Part shown: positions 55,447-64,000 of the stretch, piece by piece
Layout of the letters: the number at the start of each line of letters is the position of its first letter
How positions within the stretch are numbered: position 1 is the stretch's first letter
DNA from: Rhodobacter maris
Lineage (GTDB): Bacteria; Pseudomonadota; Alphaproteobacteria; Rhodobacterales; Rhodobacteraceae
Length of the DNA stretch: 64,000 bases
Reading direction: 5' to 3'
Assembly (NCBI GenBank): GCA_943369275.1
Contig: CALRMS020000014.1
Span: 747-64,746 of the forward strand
Program-made: the position numbers and the translations under genes
The notes under the pieces: generated by a model
Database searches by the model: none
The model's input: only the letters and a program-made list of their open reading frames with translations
What the model was told of the DNA's origin: nothing

Positions 55447-56873
55447 TTGCCGTGACCCACGATTGCCTTCACTTCGCAAAAATCGTGGATGCCCCAATCG
55501 GCATATTCACGACCGTTGCCCGATTGCTTGTATCCGCCAAAGGGCGCAAAGGTATCCCAGGCCGGATAGTTCAGACTGACCTGTCCAGCCCGCAACCGCC
55601 GCCCCACGGCAATCGCCTCGGGCGTCGGGCCCTGCACATAGGCGGCAAGGCCATAGACCGTGTCATTGGCCATCTCGACTGCCTGATCGACCGTTTCATA
55701 CCCGATCACTGCCAGCACGGGGCCAAAGATTTCCTCGCGCGCCACGGTCATGTCATTGGTCACATGACCAAAGATCGTGGGCCGCGCAAACCAGCCACGG
55801 TTCAGCCCGGCAGGCCGCCCTACACCGCCCGTCACCAGCGTGGCCCCCTCGTCGATACCCTTCTGGATCAGGCCCTGCACCTTGTCGAACTGCAGCTTGG
55901 AAATCAGCGGCCCCATCGTCACCGCCGGATCGTTGGGGTCGCCCACCACCACCGCCTCGGCAGCCTCTTTGGCGACAGCCAGCGCCTCATCCATCCGCGC
56001 CATCGGCACGAACATCCGCGTGGGCGCATCGCAGGATTGCCCCGTATTGCCAAAGCAGCCTTCCACGCCACCCGCCACCGCCGCCGCCAGATCGGCGGTC
56101 GGCAGGATAATATTGGCCGATTTTCCGCCCAGTTCCTGCGCCACCCGCTTCACCGTGGGGGCCGCTGCCGCCGCCACTGCCGTGCCCGCACGGGTAGACC
56201 CGGTGAACGACACCATGTCCACTTCCGGATGCGCCGACATGCGTGCGCCGACCTCCGGCCCAGATCCGTTCACCATGTTGAACACGCCCGCAGGTACACC
56301 CGCCGCGTGGCAGACTTCGGCAAACAGCACGCCCGACAGCGGCGCAATCTCTGACGGTTTCAGCACCATCGTGCAGCCCGCCGCAATCGCCGGCCCAACC
56401 TTGCAGGCAATCTGGTTCATCGGCCAGTTCCACGGCGTGATCAGCGCGGCAACCCCGATACCCTCGCGGATAATCAGCGTGTCGCCCCGCATCTCCTCCC
56501 AATGGAATTCCTTCGCCGCCTTGATCGTGCTTTCCAGATGCACCTGCCCCGCCCAGGCTTGCGCCTCACGCGCCCAGGCCATCGGCGCCCCCATCTCGGT
56601 GCTCATCGCCGCCGCGAATTCCTCATAGCGCGCGTTGTATTCGGCCAGAATCCGCTCCAAAAGCGCGATCCTGTCATCCGCCGACCAGGTCGAGAAGCCT
56701 GCAAAGGCCGCCCGCGCCGCCATAATCGCCCGATCCGCATCCGCAACAGACCCCAGCGCCACCTGCGCCACGATCTCCTCGGTGGCGGGATTCTCCACGC
56801 CCATCATCGTTCCGCCCAGCGGCGCCACCCATTCACCGTTGATGTAGAACTTGGAAAGGTTCGCGTAAGTCAT
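55443..56873 (-). CDS. NAD(P)+ aldehyde dehydrogenase
   Basis: 476 aa. ELGGKS and catalytic-Cys FGNTGQSCDAPTR motifs. Confidence 0.9.
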   Translation of the reverse strand: MTYANLSKFYINGEWVAPLGGTMMGVENPATEEIVAQVALGSVADADRAIMAARAAFAGFSTWSADDRIALLERILAEYNARYEEFAAAMSTEMGAPMAWAREAQAWAGQVHLESTIKAAKEFHWEEMRGDTLIIREGIGVAALITPWNWPMNQIACKVGPAIAAGCTMVLKPSEIAPLSGVLFAEVCHAAGVPAGVFNMVNGSGPEVGARMSAHPEVDMVSFTGSTRAGTAVAAAAAPTVKRVAQELGGKSANIILPTADLAAAVAGGVEGCFGNTGQSCDAPTRMFVPMARMDEALAVAKEAAEAVVVGDPNDPAVTMGPLISKLQFDKVQGLIQKGIDEGATLVTGGVGRPAGLNRGWFARPTIFGHVTNDMTVAREEIFGPVLAVIGYETVDQAVEMANDTVYGLAAYVQGPTPEAIAVGRRLRAGQVSLNYPAWDTFAPFGGYKQSGNGREYADWGIHDFCEVKAIVGHGK

Positions 56874-56880
56874 TCTGTCC

Positions 56881-58440
56881 TCACCGGAAATAGATGTTGA
56901 AGCGCGCCCGGATCGCGGCGTCGATCTCGGGATCGATCACGCATCCGGCCTTGGCCAGAATGTCATTCTTGCGCCGGATTGCCGTATCCAGCAACAGCGG
57001 CTTTCCGGCCTCGTTCCATTCCTTCGGGCTCATCCGGTTGGCGGAATTGGGATAGATGTATTCCGTCTGCATCAGGCTCAGCGTCTGGTCCGATCCCAGA
57101 TAATGCCCCGGCCCCCCCAGACAGACCTGCTTCATCGCCTCGATGCTGGTGGAATCCTCGGTCACGTCGATCCCGCGCACCAAGCGCATCGCCTGACCCA
57201 GCAGATCATCACCCAGAACAAGACTTTCCAGGCAGAACCCCAGAAGCGAGGCATGCATCCCGACCGCTTCATAGCACATGTTCAGGCCCGCAAGACCCGC
57301 CAGCGCATTGGTGATCCCCTGCTCCCACCCGGCCTGCATGTCGGGCAGCTTGCTGTCGGAAATCCCCGACGCCGCGCCGCCGGGAAGGTCATAAAAGCGG
57401 TGCATCTGCGCGCAGCCCGCCGTGAGCAGCGCCTGTTCCGCCGATCCGCCGCTCATCGCGCCCGTCCGCAGGTCGCTGACAAAGGGCCAGGTGCCAAAGA
57501 TCGCAGGCGCCCCCTTCTTGATCGCGTTGACATACACCACGCCGGCCAAACATTCCGCCACCGCTTGCACGATGGTCAGAGCGATGGGCGCCGGTGCCGT
57601 CGCCCCCGCCTGCCCCGCGCTGAGCAACAGCATGGGCATGCCACGCCGGATGCAATCCTCCATCGTGATGCAGGATTCTTCCGCAAACTTCATCGGCGGC
57701 ACGACGAAACAGTTGGAATTGCTGACAAATGGCCGCTCCAGCCATTTCTCCTCGCCCCCCGCCACGGTGTAGAGCATGTCGAAGCAATCCGCGACATGGG
57801 ACGGATCGCTGAACGATGTCCCCACATGCTTTTTGGTCCCGGCAAGACAGGCGTAAAGCGTGTTCAGGTCCATCTCGCGATTGTCCACCACATCGCGGCA
57901 GACCATCGTGCGCTGATAGAAATGGATGTTGTCCAGATTGTCCACCAGCCGCGCCCCGTCATACAGGTCCTGCGCGGTGGATTCGCGATAGTCCAGCGTG
58001 ATCGGGTCCACGATATGCACCGCCGCACCCGCCGTGCCGAAATGCACCTTGCTGCCCGACAGTTCCAGATCATGCTTCGGGTCGCGCGCATGCAACGTGA
58101 TGTTGCGCGCCGCCACTGTCAGCATGTCCTCGACCAGCGCGCGGGGAAAGCGGATGCGCCCGTCATCGCCCAGAATCGCGCCTGCCTCGGTCAGGATCTT
58201 CACGCCCGATGGCGGGGCCTGTGACAGCCCGATCACCTCCAGCGCCTCCAGCGCACTTTCATGGATCTTTGCCATCCCGGCCTCGGTCAGGGGCTTGTAC
58301 TGCCCGCCCGACATGCCGCCCCGCACAGGACGCACATTTTCCGCCAACGGCGCTGACCGCAGGGCCACCCGCGCCGACCGCCCGCCAGACCGCCCCGAAG
58401 CCCGCCGCGTCGGTTCGCATACCTCGCCGATATCGCTCAT
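56881..58440 (-). CDS. MttB-superfamily (trimethylamine methyltransferase-like) protein, non-pyrrolysine
   Basis: 519 aa from ATG 58440; the track start at 58554 is a GTG extension. Long TIM-barrel-sized protein I recognise as MttB-like. Uninterrupted reading frame with no in-frame TAG. Confidence 0.78.
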   Translation of the reverse strand: MSDIGEVCEPTRRASGRSGGRSARVALRSAPLAENVRPVRGGMSGGQYKPLTEAGMAKIHESALEALEVIGLSQAPPSGVKILTEAGAILGDDGRIRFPRALVEDMLTVAARNITLHARDPKHDLELSGSKVHFGTAGAAVHIVDPITLDYRESTAQDLYDGARLVDNLDNIHFYQRTMVCRDVVDNREMDLNTLYACLAGTKKHVGTSFSDPSHVADCFDMLYTVAGGEEKWLERPFVSNSNCFVVPPMKFAEESCITMEDCIRRGMPMLLLSAGQAGATAPAPIALTIVQAVAECLAGVVYVNAIKKGAPAIFGTWPFVSDLRTGAMSGGSAEQALLTAGCAQMHRFYDLPGGAASGISDSKLPDMQAGWEQGITNALAGLAGLNMCYEAVGMHASLLGFCLESLVLGDDLLGQAMRLVRGIDVTEDSTSIEAMKQVCLGGPGHYLGSDQTLSLMQTEYIYPNSANRMSPKEWNEAGKPLLLDTAIRRKNDILAKAGCVIDPEIDAAIRARFNIYFR

Positions 58441-58563
58441 CCCCAAAGCCCCTTCATCTTGGCCCAAATACCCAATTTCATCCGCTTCCTCCCGCGCACC
58501 GCTCTCAGGTCGGGCGCAGCCGTGTGGATGCCGGGGGCCTGTTGGCCCTAGCACCCCACCGGC

Positions 58564-61008
58564 TCACATCCTCACCCGCTCCGACTTCGGGTCATGCATC
58601 GGCGCCAGTGACGCCACTGCCCGATGCCGCACCCCAGCCACCTCGATCTCATAGCGCGCAGCCAACATCGCTTCCTCGCTTTCGCCTTCACAAGGCACAT
58701 AGCCCATGCCGATCGCGCCCCCGAGGAAGTGCCCGTAATTCCCGCTCGTCACCGGCCCCACGATCCGGCCATCGCGCACGATCGCCTCGTTGTGGAACAA
58801 CATCACCTCGGGGTCCTCCATCCGGAACTGAACCATCCTGCGCTGCAACCCCGCCTCCTGCTTGCGCAGGACCGCCTCGCGCCCCATGAAGGCAGGCTTT
58901 TTCTTCGATACGGTAAAACCTAGCCCCGCCTCCAGCACATGATCCTCGTCGGTGATGTCATGGCCCCAATGCCGATAGGCCTTCTCGATCCGGCAGGAAT
59001 CCAGCGTGTGCAGCCCGCAAAGCGTGAAGCCCAGCCCTTCACCCGCCGCCTCAAGCGCCTCGAAGACATGCGCCGTCTGGTCGGAACTCACATAAAGCTC
59101 CCAGCCCAGCTCGCCCACATAGGTCACCCGGTGCGCGCGGGCCAAACCCATGCCCACCTCGATCTCCCGCGCCGTCCCGAACGGATGCGCCGCGTTGGAG
59201 AAATCATCTGGCGAAACCCGCGCCATCAGATCGCGCGCCTTTGGCCCCATCACGCAAAGAACGGATTCCGCCGCCGTCATGTCGGTGATGGTGACGAACT
59301 CCTCTCCCAGACAGCGCCGCAAATGGGCCAGATTGCGCTGCAACGTCGCCCCCGGCACCACCAGCAGATAGGCCGTCTCCGACAGCCGCGTGACCGTGAG
59401 GTCCGCCTCGATCCCGCCGCGCTCGTTCAGGAACATCGTATAGACGATCCGGCCCGGCGCCACGTCCACCTCGGCTGAACAGACCCGGTTCAGGAAGGCG
59501 CATGCATCCCGCCCCTCCACCCGGATCTTCCCGAAGGACGTCATGTCAAAGAACCCGACCCCGTTCCGCACCGCCAGATGCTCGGCTTTCTGGTTTTCGA
59601 ACCAGTTCTGCCGCTTCCAGCTGTACTGATACTCCCGCTCTTGGCCGGGCTTCGCGAACCAGTTCGCCCGCTCCCAGCCGGCGACCTCGCCGAACACCGC
59701 GCCGCGCGCCTTCAGATGCTCATGCAACGGCGTGCGACGCACCCCGCGCGACGTCACCACCTGCCGATAGGGGAAATGGTCCGCGTATAGCAGCCCCAGC
59801 GTCTCGCTCACCCGCTCCTTGAGGTAAGCCCGGTTGCGCTGGAAGGGTTGCGCGCGGCGGATATCCACCTCCCACAGGTCAAACGGCGGCTCCCCTTCCG
59901 TGATCCAGGACGCCAGCGCCATCCCCGCCCCGCCAGACCCCGCGATGCCCACCGAATTATACCCCGCCGCGATCCAATAGCCGCGCAGTTCCGGCGCTTC
60001 GCCCAGATAATAGCGGTCATCCGGCGTGAAACTCTCCGGCCCGTTGAAGAATGTATGAATCCCCGCCGTCTGAAACAGCGGCATCCGGTTCATCGCATGC
60101 TCAAGGATCGGGGTGAAATGCTCCCAATCTTCGGGCAGCGTGTCGAACATGAAATCCTCGCGGATGCCCCCCATGCCCCAGGGCTTCGCCTTCGGCTCAA
60201 AGGCCCCGATCATCATCTTGCCCGCGTCGGATTTGTAATAGGCACATTCATCCGGCACGCGCAGCACGGGCAGATGGCCAAGGCCCTCCACCGGTTCGGT
60301 GATCAGGTAGAAATGCTCGCAGGCATGCAAGGGCAGCGTCACGCCCGATTGCGCCGCAAGGTCACGCCCCCACATGCCGCCGCAATTCACCACCACTTCG
60401 GCGGCGATGAACCCGGGCTCGCCCTCGGCAGACACATACTCCACCCCCGTCACGCGGCCGCCCGCCTGACGCACCCCCGTCACCTTGGTATGTTCAAAAA
60501 TCGCCGCCCCGCGCATCCGCGCGCCCTTGGCCAGCGCCATCGTGATATTGGCCGGGTCGCATTGCCCATCCAGCGGCAGATGCACCGCCCCCACCACATC
60601 CGACACGTTCAGATGCGGATACATTTCCTTCACCTGGGCAGGCGAAATCTCGGCCACGTCCACGCCAAAGATGCGCGCCACCGTCGCTTGCCGCAGCAAT
60701 TCCTCGCGCCGATGCTCGGTCAGCGCAACCGAAATGCTGCCCACCTGCCGCATCCCGGTGGCCACCCCGGTCTCGGCCTCCAGCTTGACATAAAGATCCG
60801 CCGAATACTTCGCCAGCCGCGTCATGTTCGCCGATCCGCGCAACTGCCCGATCAGCCCCGCCGCATGCCAGGTGGTCCCGCTGGTCAGCTGCTTGCGCTC
60901 CAGCAGCACCACGTCCTTCCAGCCCGCCTTGGCCAGATGATAGGCCACCGAACAGCCCGACACGCCGCCCCCGATAATGACAGCACGCGCTTTTGCAGGA
61001 ATGGTCAT
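58564..61008 (-). CDS. FAD-dependent oxidoreductase fused to GcvT-like folate-binding domain (dimethylglycine/sarcosine dehydrogenase family)
   Basis: 814 aa. N-terminal VIIGGGVSGCSVAYHLA FAD motif. C-terminal aminomethyltransferase-like half (GFFDMTSFGKIRVEG...). Confidence 0.88.
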   Translation of the reverse strand: MTIPAKARAVIIGGGVSGCSVAYHLAKAGWKDVVLLERKQLTSGTTWHAAGLIGQLRGSANMTRLAKYSADLYVKLEAETGVATGMRQVGSISVALTEHRREELLRQATVARIFGVDVAEISPAQVKEMYPHLNVSDVVGAVHLPLDGQCDPANITMALAKGARMRGAAIFEHTKVTGVRQAGGRVTGVEYVSAEGEPGFIAAEVVVNCGGMWGRDLAAQSGVTLPLHACEHFYLITEPVEGLGHLPVLRVPDECAYYKSDAGKMMIGAFEPKAKPWGMGGIREDFMFDTLPEDWEHFTPILEHAMNRMPLFQTAGIHTFFNGPESFTPDDRYYLGEAPELRGYWIAAGYNSVGIAGSGGAGMALASWITEGEPPFDLWEVDIRRAQPFQRNRAYLKERVSETLGLLYADHFPYRQVVTSRGVRRTPLHEHLKARGAVFGEVAGWERANWFAKPGQEREYQYSWKRQNWFENQKAEHLAVRNGVGFFDMTSFGKIRVEGRDACAFLNRVCSAEVDVAPGRIVYTMFLNERGGIEADLTVTRLSETAYLLVVPGATLQRNLAHLRRCLGEEFVTITDMTAAESVLCVMGPKARDLMARVSPDDFSNAAHPFGTAREIEVGMGLARAHRVTYVGELGWELYVSSDQTAHVFEALEAAGEGLGFTLCGLHTLDSCRIEKAYRHWGHDITDEDHVLEAGLGFTVSKKKPAFMGREAVLRKQEAGLQRRMVQFRMEDPEVMLFHNEAIVRDGRIVGPVTSGNYGHFLGGAIGMGYVPCEGESEEAMLAARYEIEVAGVRHRAVASLAPMHDPKSERVRM

Positions 61009-62039
61009 GCCTTTGTCTCCGCAGGGATCAATACAAGTTTTCCCGGATAGCGCCCGGCGGCCAGATCGGCCTGCGCCCGCCCGATGTCGCGCAGCGGATA
61101 GGTGTTCGAAACCACAGGCCGGATGCGCGCGGTGTTGATGATGGTGACCAGCCCCGCAAACACCTCACGCGGTTGATGGGTAGCCCCGTAGATCGTCAGA
61201 TCGTTCAGATAGACCCGGCGCAAATCCCCCTGCACCATCGCCCCCGCCACCGCCCCGCTGGTCGCATAGCGCCCGCCGGGCCGCAGCGCATCCAGCCGCT
61301 GCTGCCAGCCGTCGCCACCCACGACGTCAATGACCACGTCAAAGGCCTTGGCCTTCGGCACGCTTTCGCGCGATAGCACAGCGACATTCATCGCGCGCAG
61401 AGGTGCAGATTTCGACAGGCTGCCCTGCCCTGTCACCTCGGCCCCACGCAACAGCGCCAGTTGCACCGCCGCCAGCCCTACCCCGCCCGTGGCCCCGGTA
61501 ACCAGCACCCGCTCACCCACCGCCACCTGCGCGCGATGCAGCAGGTTGTGGGCAGTGCCATAAGCACAGGGCATCGCCCCAATCTCCGTATCGCTCAAGG
61601 GTGACGCGCTCACATCATGCAGATGCCGCGCCTTGACCACGCAATACTGCGCGAAAGCCCCGTCAAACTCCGATCCGATCGACACAAAGGCAATCGGGTT
61701 CTCCGCCGTAGGTTCATGCTGGTTCGTCGGGCAAATCACCCGCGCCCCCATCGCCAACCCCTCAACCCCGTCCCCCAAGGCCACGATCCGCCCGCACAGA
61801 TCAGACCCCTGTATCCGCGGCAGGCTCATCGCCCCCGCCCATCCCGCCGCCCGCCCCTCACCGCCGTACCAGCCGACGCGGGTGTTGATGTCGGTCATGT
61901 TCACGCCCGCTGCCAGCACGCGCACCAGCACCTCGCCCGCCCCCGGTCGCGGCACCGGAATGTCATCCCGCCAGACCAGCGCCTCTGGCCCGCCATGGCG
62001 GGTCAGTTGCACACCAGACATGGTGGCCGGGATCGTCAT
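61005..62039 (-). CDS. MDR-superfamily zinc-type alcohol dehydrogenase / quinone oxidoreductase
   Basis: 344 aa from ATG 62039, with ATGA overlaps on both sides. GATGGVGLAAVQLA Rossmann motif. Confidence 0.8.
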   Translation of the reverse strand: MTIPATMSGVQLTRHGGPEALVWRDDIPVPRPGAGEVLVRVLAAGVNMTDINTRVGWYGGEGRAAGWAGAMSLPRIQGSDLCGRIVALGDGVEGLAMGARVICPTNQHEPTAENPIAFVSIGSEFDGAFAQYCVVKARHLHDVSASPLSDTEIGAMPCAYGTAHNLLHRAQVAVGERVLVTGATGGVGLAAVQLALLRGAEVTGQGSLSKSAPLRAMNVAVLSRESVPKAKAFDVVIDVVGGDGWQQRLDALRPGGRYATSGAVAGAMVQGDLRRVYLNDLTIYGATHQPREVFAGLVTIINTARIRPVVSNTYPLRDIGRAQADLAAGRYPGKLVLIPAETKA

Positions 62040-64000
62040 GCCCGGATACGCTCGTTCTTCGCATCCCACAGCGGCGCATCCTCACAGACCATCGCCGGGT
62101 ATCGCTGACCGAAGATCTCTACCTCTACAGCCGTTCCCGGCACCGCGAGCTCCGCCCGCAGCATCCCCAGCGCCACGACCTTGCCGATCCGATGCCCGAA
62201 ATAACCGCTCGTCGTCTCGCCCACCACCTGACCATCATGCCAGATCGTGCTCATGTAGGGCGGATCGCACTCACCCGCGTCCACCGTCAGCGTCACAAAG
62301 CGCTTCGTCATCCCGCGCTGCTTCTCCGCCTCCAGTGCGGCCTTGCCCCGGAAGGCGGGCTTGCCCCAATCGACGAACCGCTCCAACCCGCCCTGCAGCA
62401 CGGTGTAATCGGTTGAAAGGTCGCCCTTCCACGCGCGATAGCCCTTCTCCACCCGCAAGCTGTTCAGCGCGAACATCCCGAAGGGCCGCAGCCCCAAAGG
62501 CCGCCCCGCCGCCATCACCGCATCAAAGACCACAGCCGTATCCGCCACGCGGGAATGGATCTCCCATCCAAGTTCGCCTGCGAAACTCACCCGCATCAGG
62601 AACACGGGCCGCCCCGCGATCCGCCCTTCCTGCCAGGTCAGCCAGCCCTTCGACAGGTCCGCCTCAGCCCCAGCGGCCGCCAGCACATCCCGCGCCTTCG
62701 GCCCTGTCAGGATCTGGGTCGACCAGCCTTCCGTCTCATCCACCAGCGACAGACCACCGGGCAGCGTCGACAGCAACCATTCCTTGTCATGCATCTGCGC
62801 CGTGGCGGCGGTGATCAGCAGCAGATCGTCCTCGCCCAGCCGCGCGACAGACATCTCGGTAACGATCCGGCCCTTTTCATCCGCGAAATAGGCCAGCCCC
62901 AGCCGCCCGACCGACGGCACCTTCCCCGTGATCTGCGCCGACAGCCATGCCACGGCGCCCGCCCCGGTCACGCGGAACCGGCTGAAACCCGGCAGGTCCA
63001 AGATGCCGCAGGCATCGCGCACCGCCAGACATTCTTCGCGCACCGCACCAAACCACGGGCCTTCCCGGTCCCATGTGCGCTGCGCCTCTTCGCTCACATC
63101 ATCGCCCGGCCGCGCATACCAAAGCGCCCGCTCCCACCCGTTATAGGGCCCGAACTGCGCGCCCAGCGCCGCCGTGCGGTCATGCACCGCCGAAAGCTTT
63201 TTCCCCCGGCCCACGGGCCAGGCGTGGTGCGGGAAATGGATGGCATATTCATGCCCGTAAACCTCCATCCCCTTGGCCACGCAGTATTCCGGGTCTTCGA
63301 ACCCGGTGAACCGGCGCGGATCACAAGACCACATGTCCCATTCCGTCGCCCCTTCGGTCACCCATTCCGCCAACACCTTGCCCGCGCCACCCGCCTGACA
63401 GATGCCAAAGGTGAACACACAGGCCTCGAACGCATTGGGCACACCGGGCATAGGTCCGATCAATGGGTTGCCATCGGGGGTATAAGGGATGGGCCCATTG
63501 ATGACCTTGGTCAGATTGGCCTGCGCCAAAAGCGGCACCCGCGCCATGGCGTCATTGATGTGCCATTCCAGACGCTCCAGATCATCCGGGAAAAGCTGGA
63601 AGGAAAAATCTTCGGGCATCGGATCATCGGGTGTCGCCCAATGCGCGCGGCAATTCCCCTCATAGGGGCCAAGGTTGAAGCCGTATTTCTCCTGCCGCAG
63701 ATAATAGCTTGAATCCACATCCCGCAGCAGCGGCAGTTTCTGCCCCGCTCCCTTGGACCAGTTTTCCAGTTCCGGGATCGTGTCGAACAGCATGTATTGA
63801 TGGCTCATCACCATCATCGGCAGGTCGCGGCCAAACATCTTGGCCACGTCGCGCGCGTAATAGCCCGCAGCATTCACCACGATCTCACAGCGGATCTCGC
63901 CCTTGGGCGTCTCCACCACCCATTCGTCGCCCTCGCGCCGCACGCCGGTTGCCGGACAGAACCGCTCGATCCGCGCCCCCATCTGCCGCGCGCCCTTGGC
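62036..64000 (-). CDS. second DMGDH/sarcosine-dehydrogenase-family FAD/GcvT fusion protein (5' end outside the window)
   Basis: At least 648 aa visible. GcvT-like C-terminal half (GILDLPGFSRFRVTG...). The N-terminal FAD motif lies beyond position 64000. Confidence 0.85.
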   Translation of the reverse strand, partial: AKGARQMGARIERFCPATGVRREGDEWVVETPKGEIRCEIVVNAAGYYARDVAKMFGRDLPMMVMSHQYMLFDTIPELENWSKGAGQKLPLLRDVDSSYYLRQEKYGFNLGPYEGNCRAHWATPDDPMPEDFSFQLFPDDLERLEWHINDAMARVPLLAQANLTKVINGPIPYTPDGNPLIGPMPGVPNAFEACVFTFGICQAGGAGKVLAEWVTEGATEWDMWSCDPRRFTGFEDPEYCVAKGMEVYGHEYAIHFPHHAWPVGRGKKLSAVHDRTAALGAQFGPYNGWERALWYARPGDDVSEEAQRTWDREGPWFGAVREECLAVRDACGILDLPGFSRFRVTGAGAVAWLSAQITGKVPSVGRLGLAYFADEKGRIVTEMSVARLGEDDLLLITAATAQMHDKEWLLSTLPGGLSLVDETEGWSTQILTGPKARDVLAAAGAEADLSKGWLTWQEGRIAGRPVFLMRVSFAGELGWEIHSRVADTAVVFDAVMAAGRPLGLRPFGMFALNSLRVEKGYRAWKGDLSTDYTVLQGGLERFVDWGKPAFRGKAALEAEKQRGMTKRFVTLTVDAGECDPPYMSTIWHDGQVVGETTSGYFGHRIGKVVALGMLRAELAVPGTAVEVEIFGQRYPAMVCEDAPLWDAKNERIRA

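Noticed and set aside
56881-58440. Pyrrolysine (TAG read-through) in the MttB homologue
   Set aside because: The frame is continuous with no internal TAG, and no pyl genes are seen in the window.
53503-63712. Plus-strand ORFs of 442, 300, 283, 373, 400, 393 and 385 aa across the right-hand operon
   Set aside because: All are His/Arg/Pro/Gln-rich antisense readings of minus-strand genes that carry clear cofactor and catalytic motifs and are linked by ATGA overlaps.

Overview
High-GC (mid-60s % by eye) alphaproteobacterial chromosome segment, most likely Rhodobacterales (Hint-domain protein, gene content, synteny). I call about 62 protein genes. It looks like core genome: I recognised no rRNA, tRNA, CRISPR array, integrase, transposase or prophage genes. 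Conserved strings include pyrH-frr-uppS-cdsA-dxr-rseP on the minus strand, ssb, sufT/A-type Fe-S carrier, tpiA, pyrC-pyrE, and dnaB...alr...radA-cvpA-purF. Other blocks:
- An AraC-linked peptide/opine-type ABC importer.
- A sulfate-assimilation operon (cobA-DUF2849-cysI-cysH-DUF934-fpr).
- infC, apparently with an ATA start.
- Orphan CoxD/CoxE/XdhC-type maturation genes, interrupted by an OmpA-family repeat protein and a Hint-domain protein.
- An MlaEF pair with no MCE partner.
- A tightly packed seven-gene minus-strand operon at the right edge: two DMGDH-like FAD/GcvT fusions, an MDR oxidoreductase, a non-pyrrolysine MttB-family methyltransferase, an ALDH, a beta-hydroxyacid dehydrogenase and a Cys/Met-type PLP enzyme.

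I did not find an unambiguous new system. The best candidates for undescribed biology are:
1. The MttB/DMGDH-type operon of unknown substrate.
2. A dispersed family of AT-rich perfect hairpins, clustered in four intergenic gaps and showing compensatory stem substitutions.
3. The CysJ-less sulfite reductase module with DUF2849, DUF934 and Fpr.
4. The Mla-like transporter lacking an MCE protein.
5. A PepSY / cytochrome b / membrane-anchored LuxR trio.

Most long ORFs in the six-frame track are antisense or alternate-frame artefacts typical of high-GC DNA and were rejected. All product calls rest on motifs I could read in the translations plus synteny. No database search was run.
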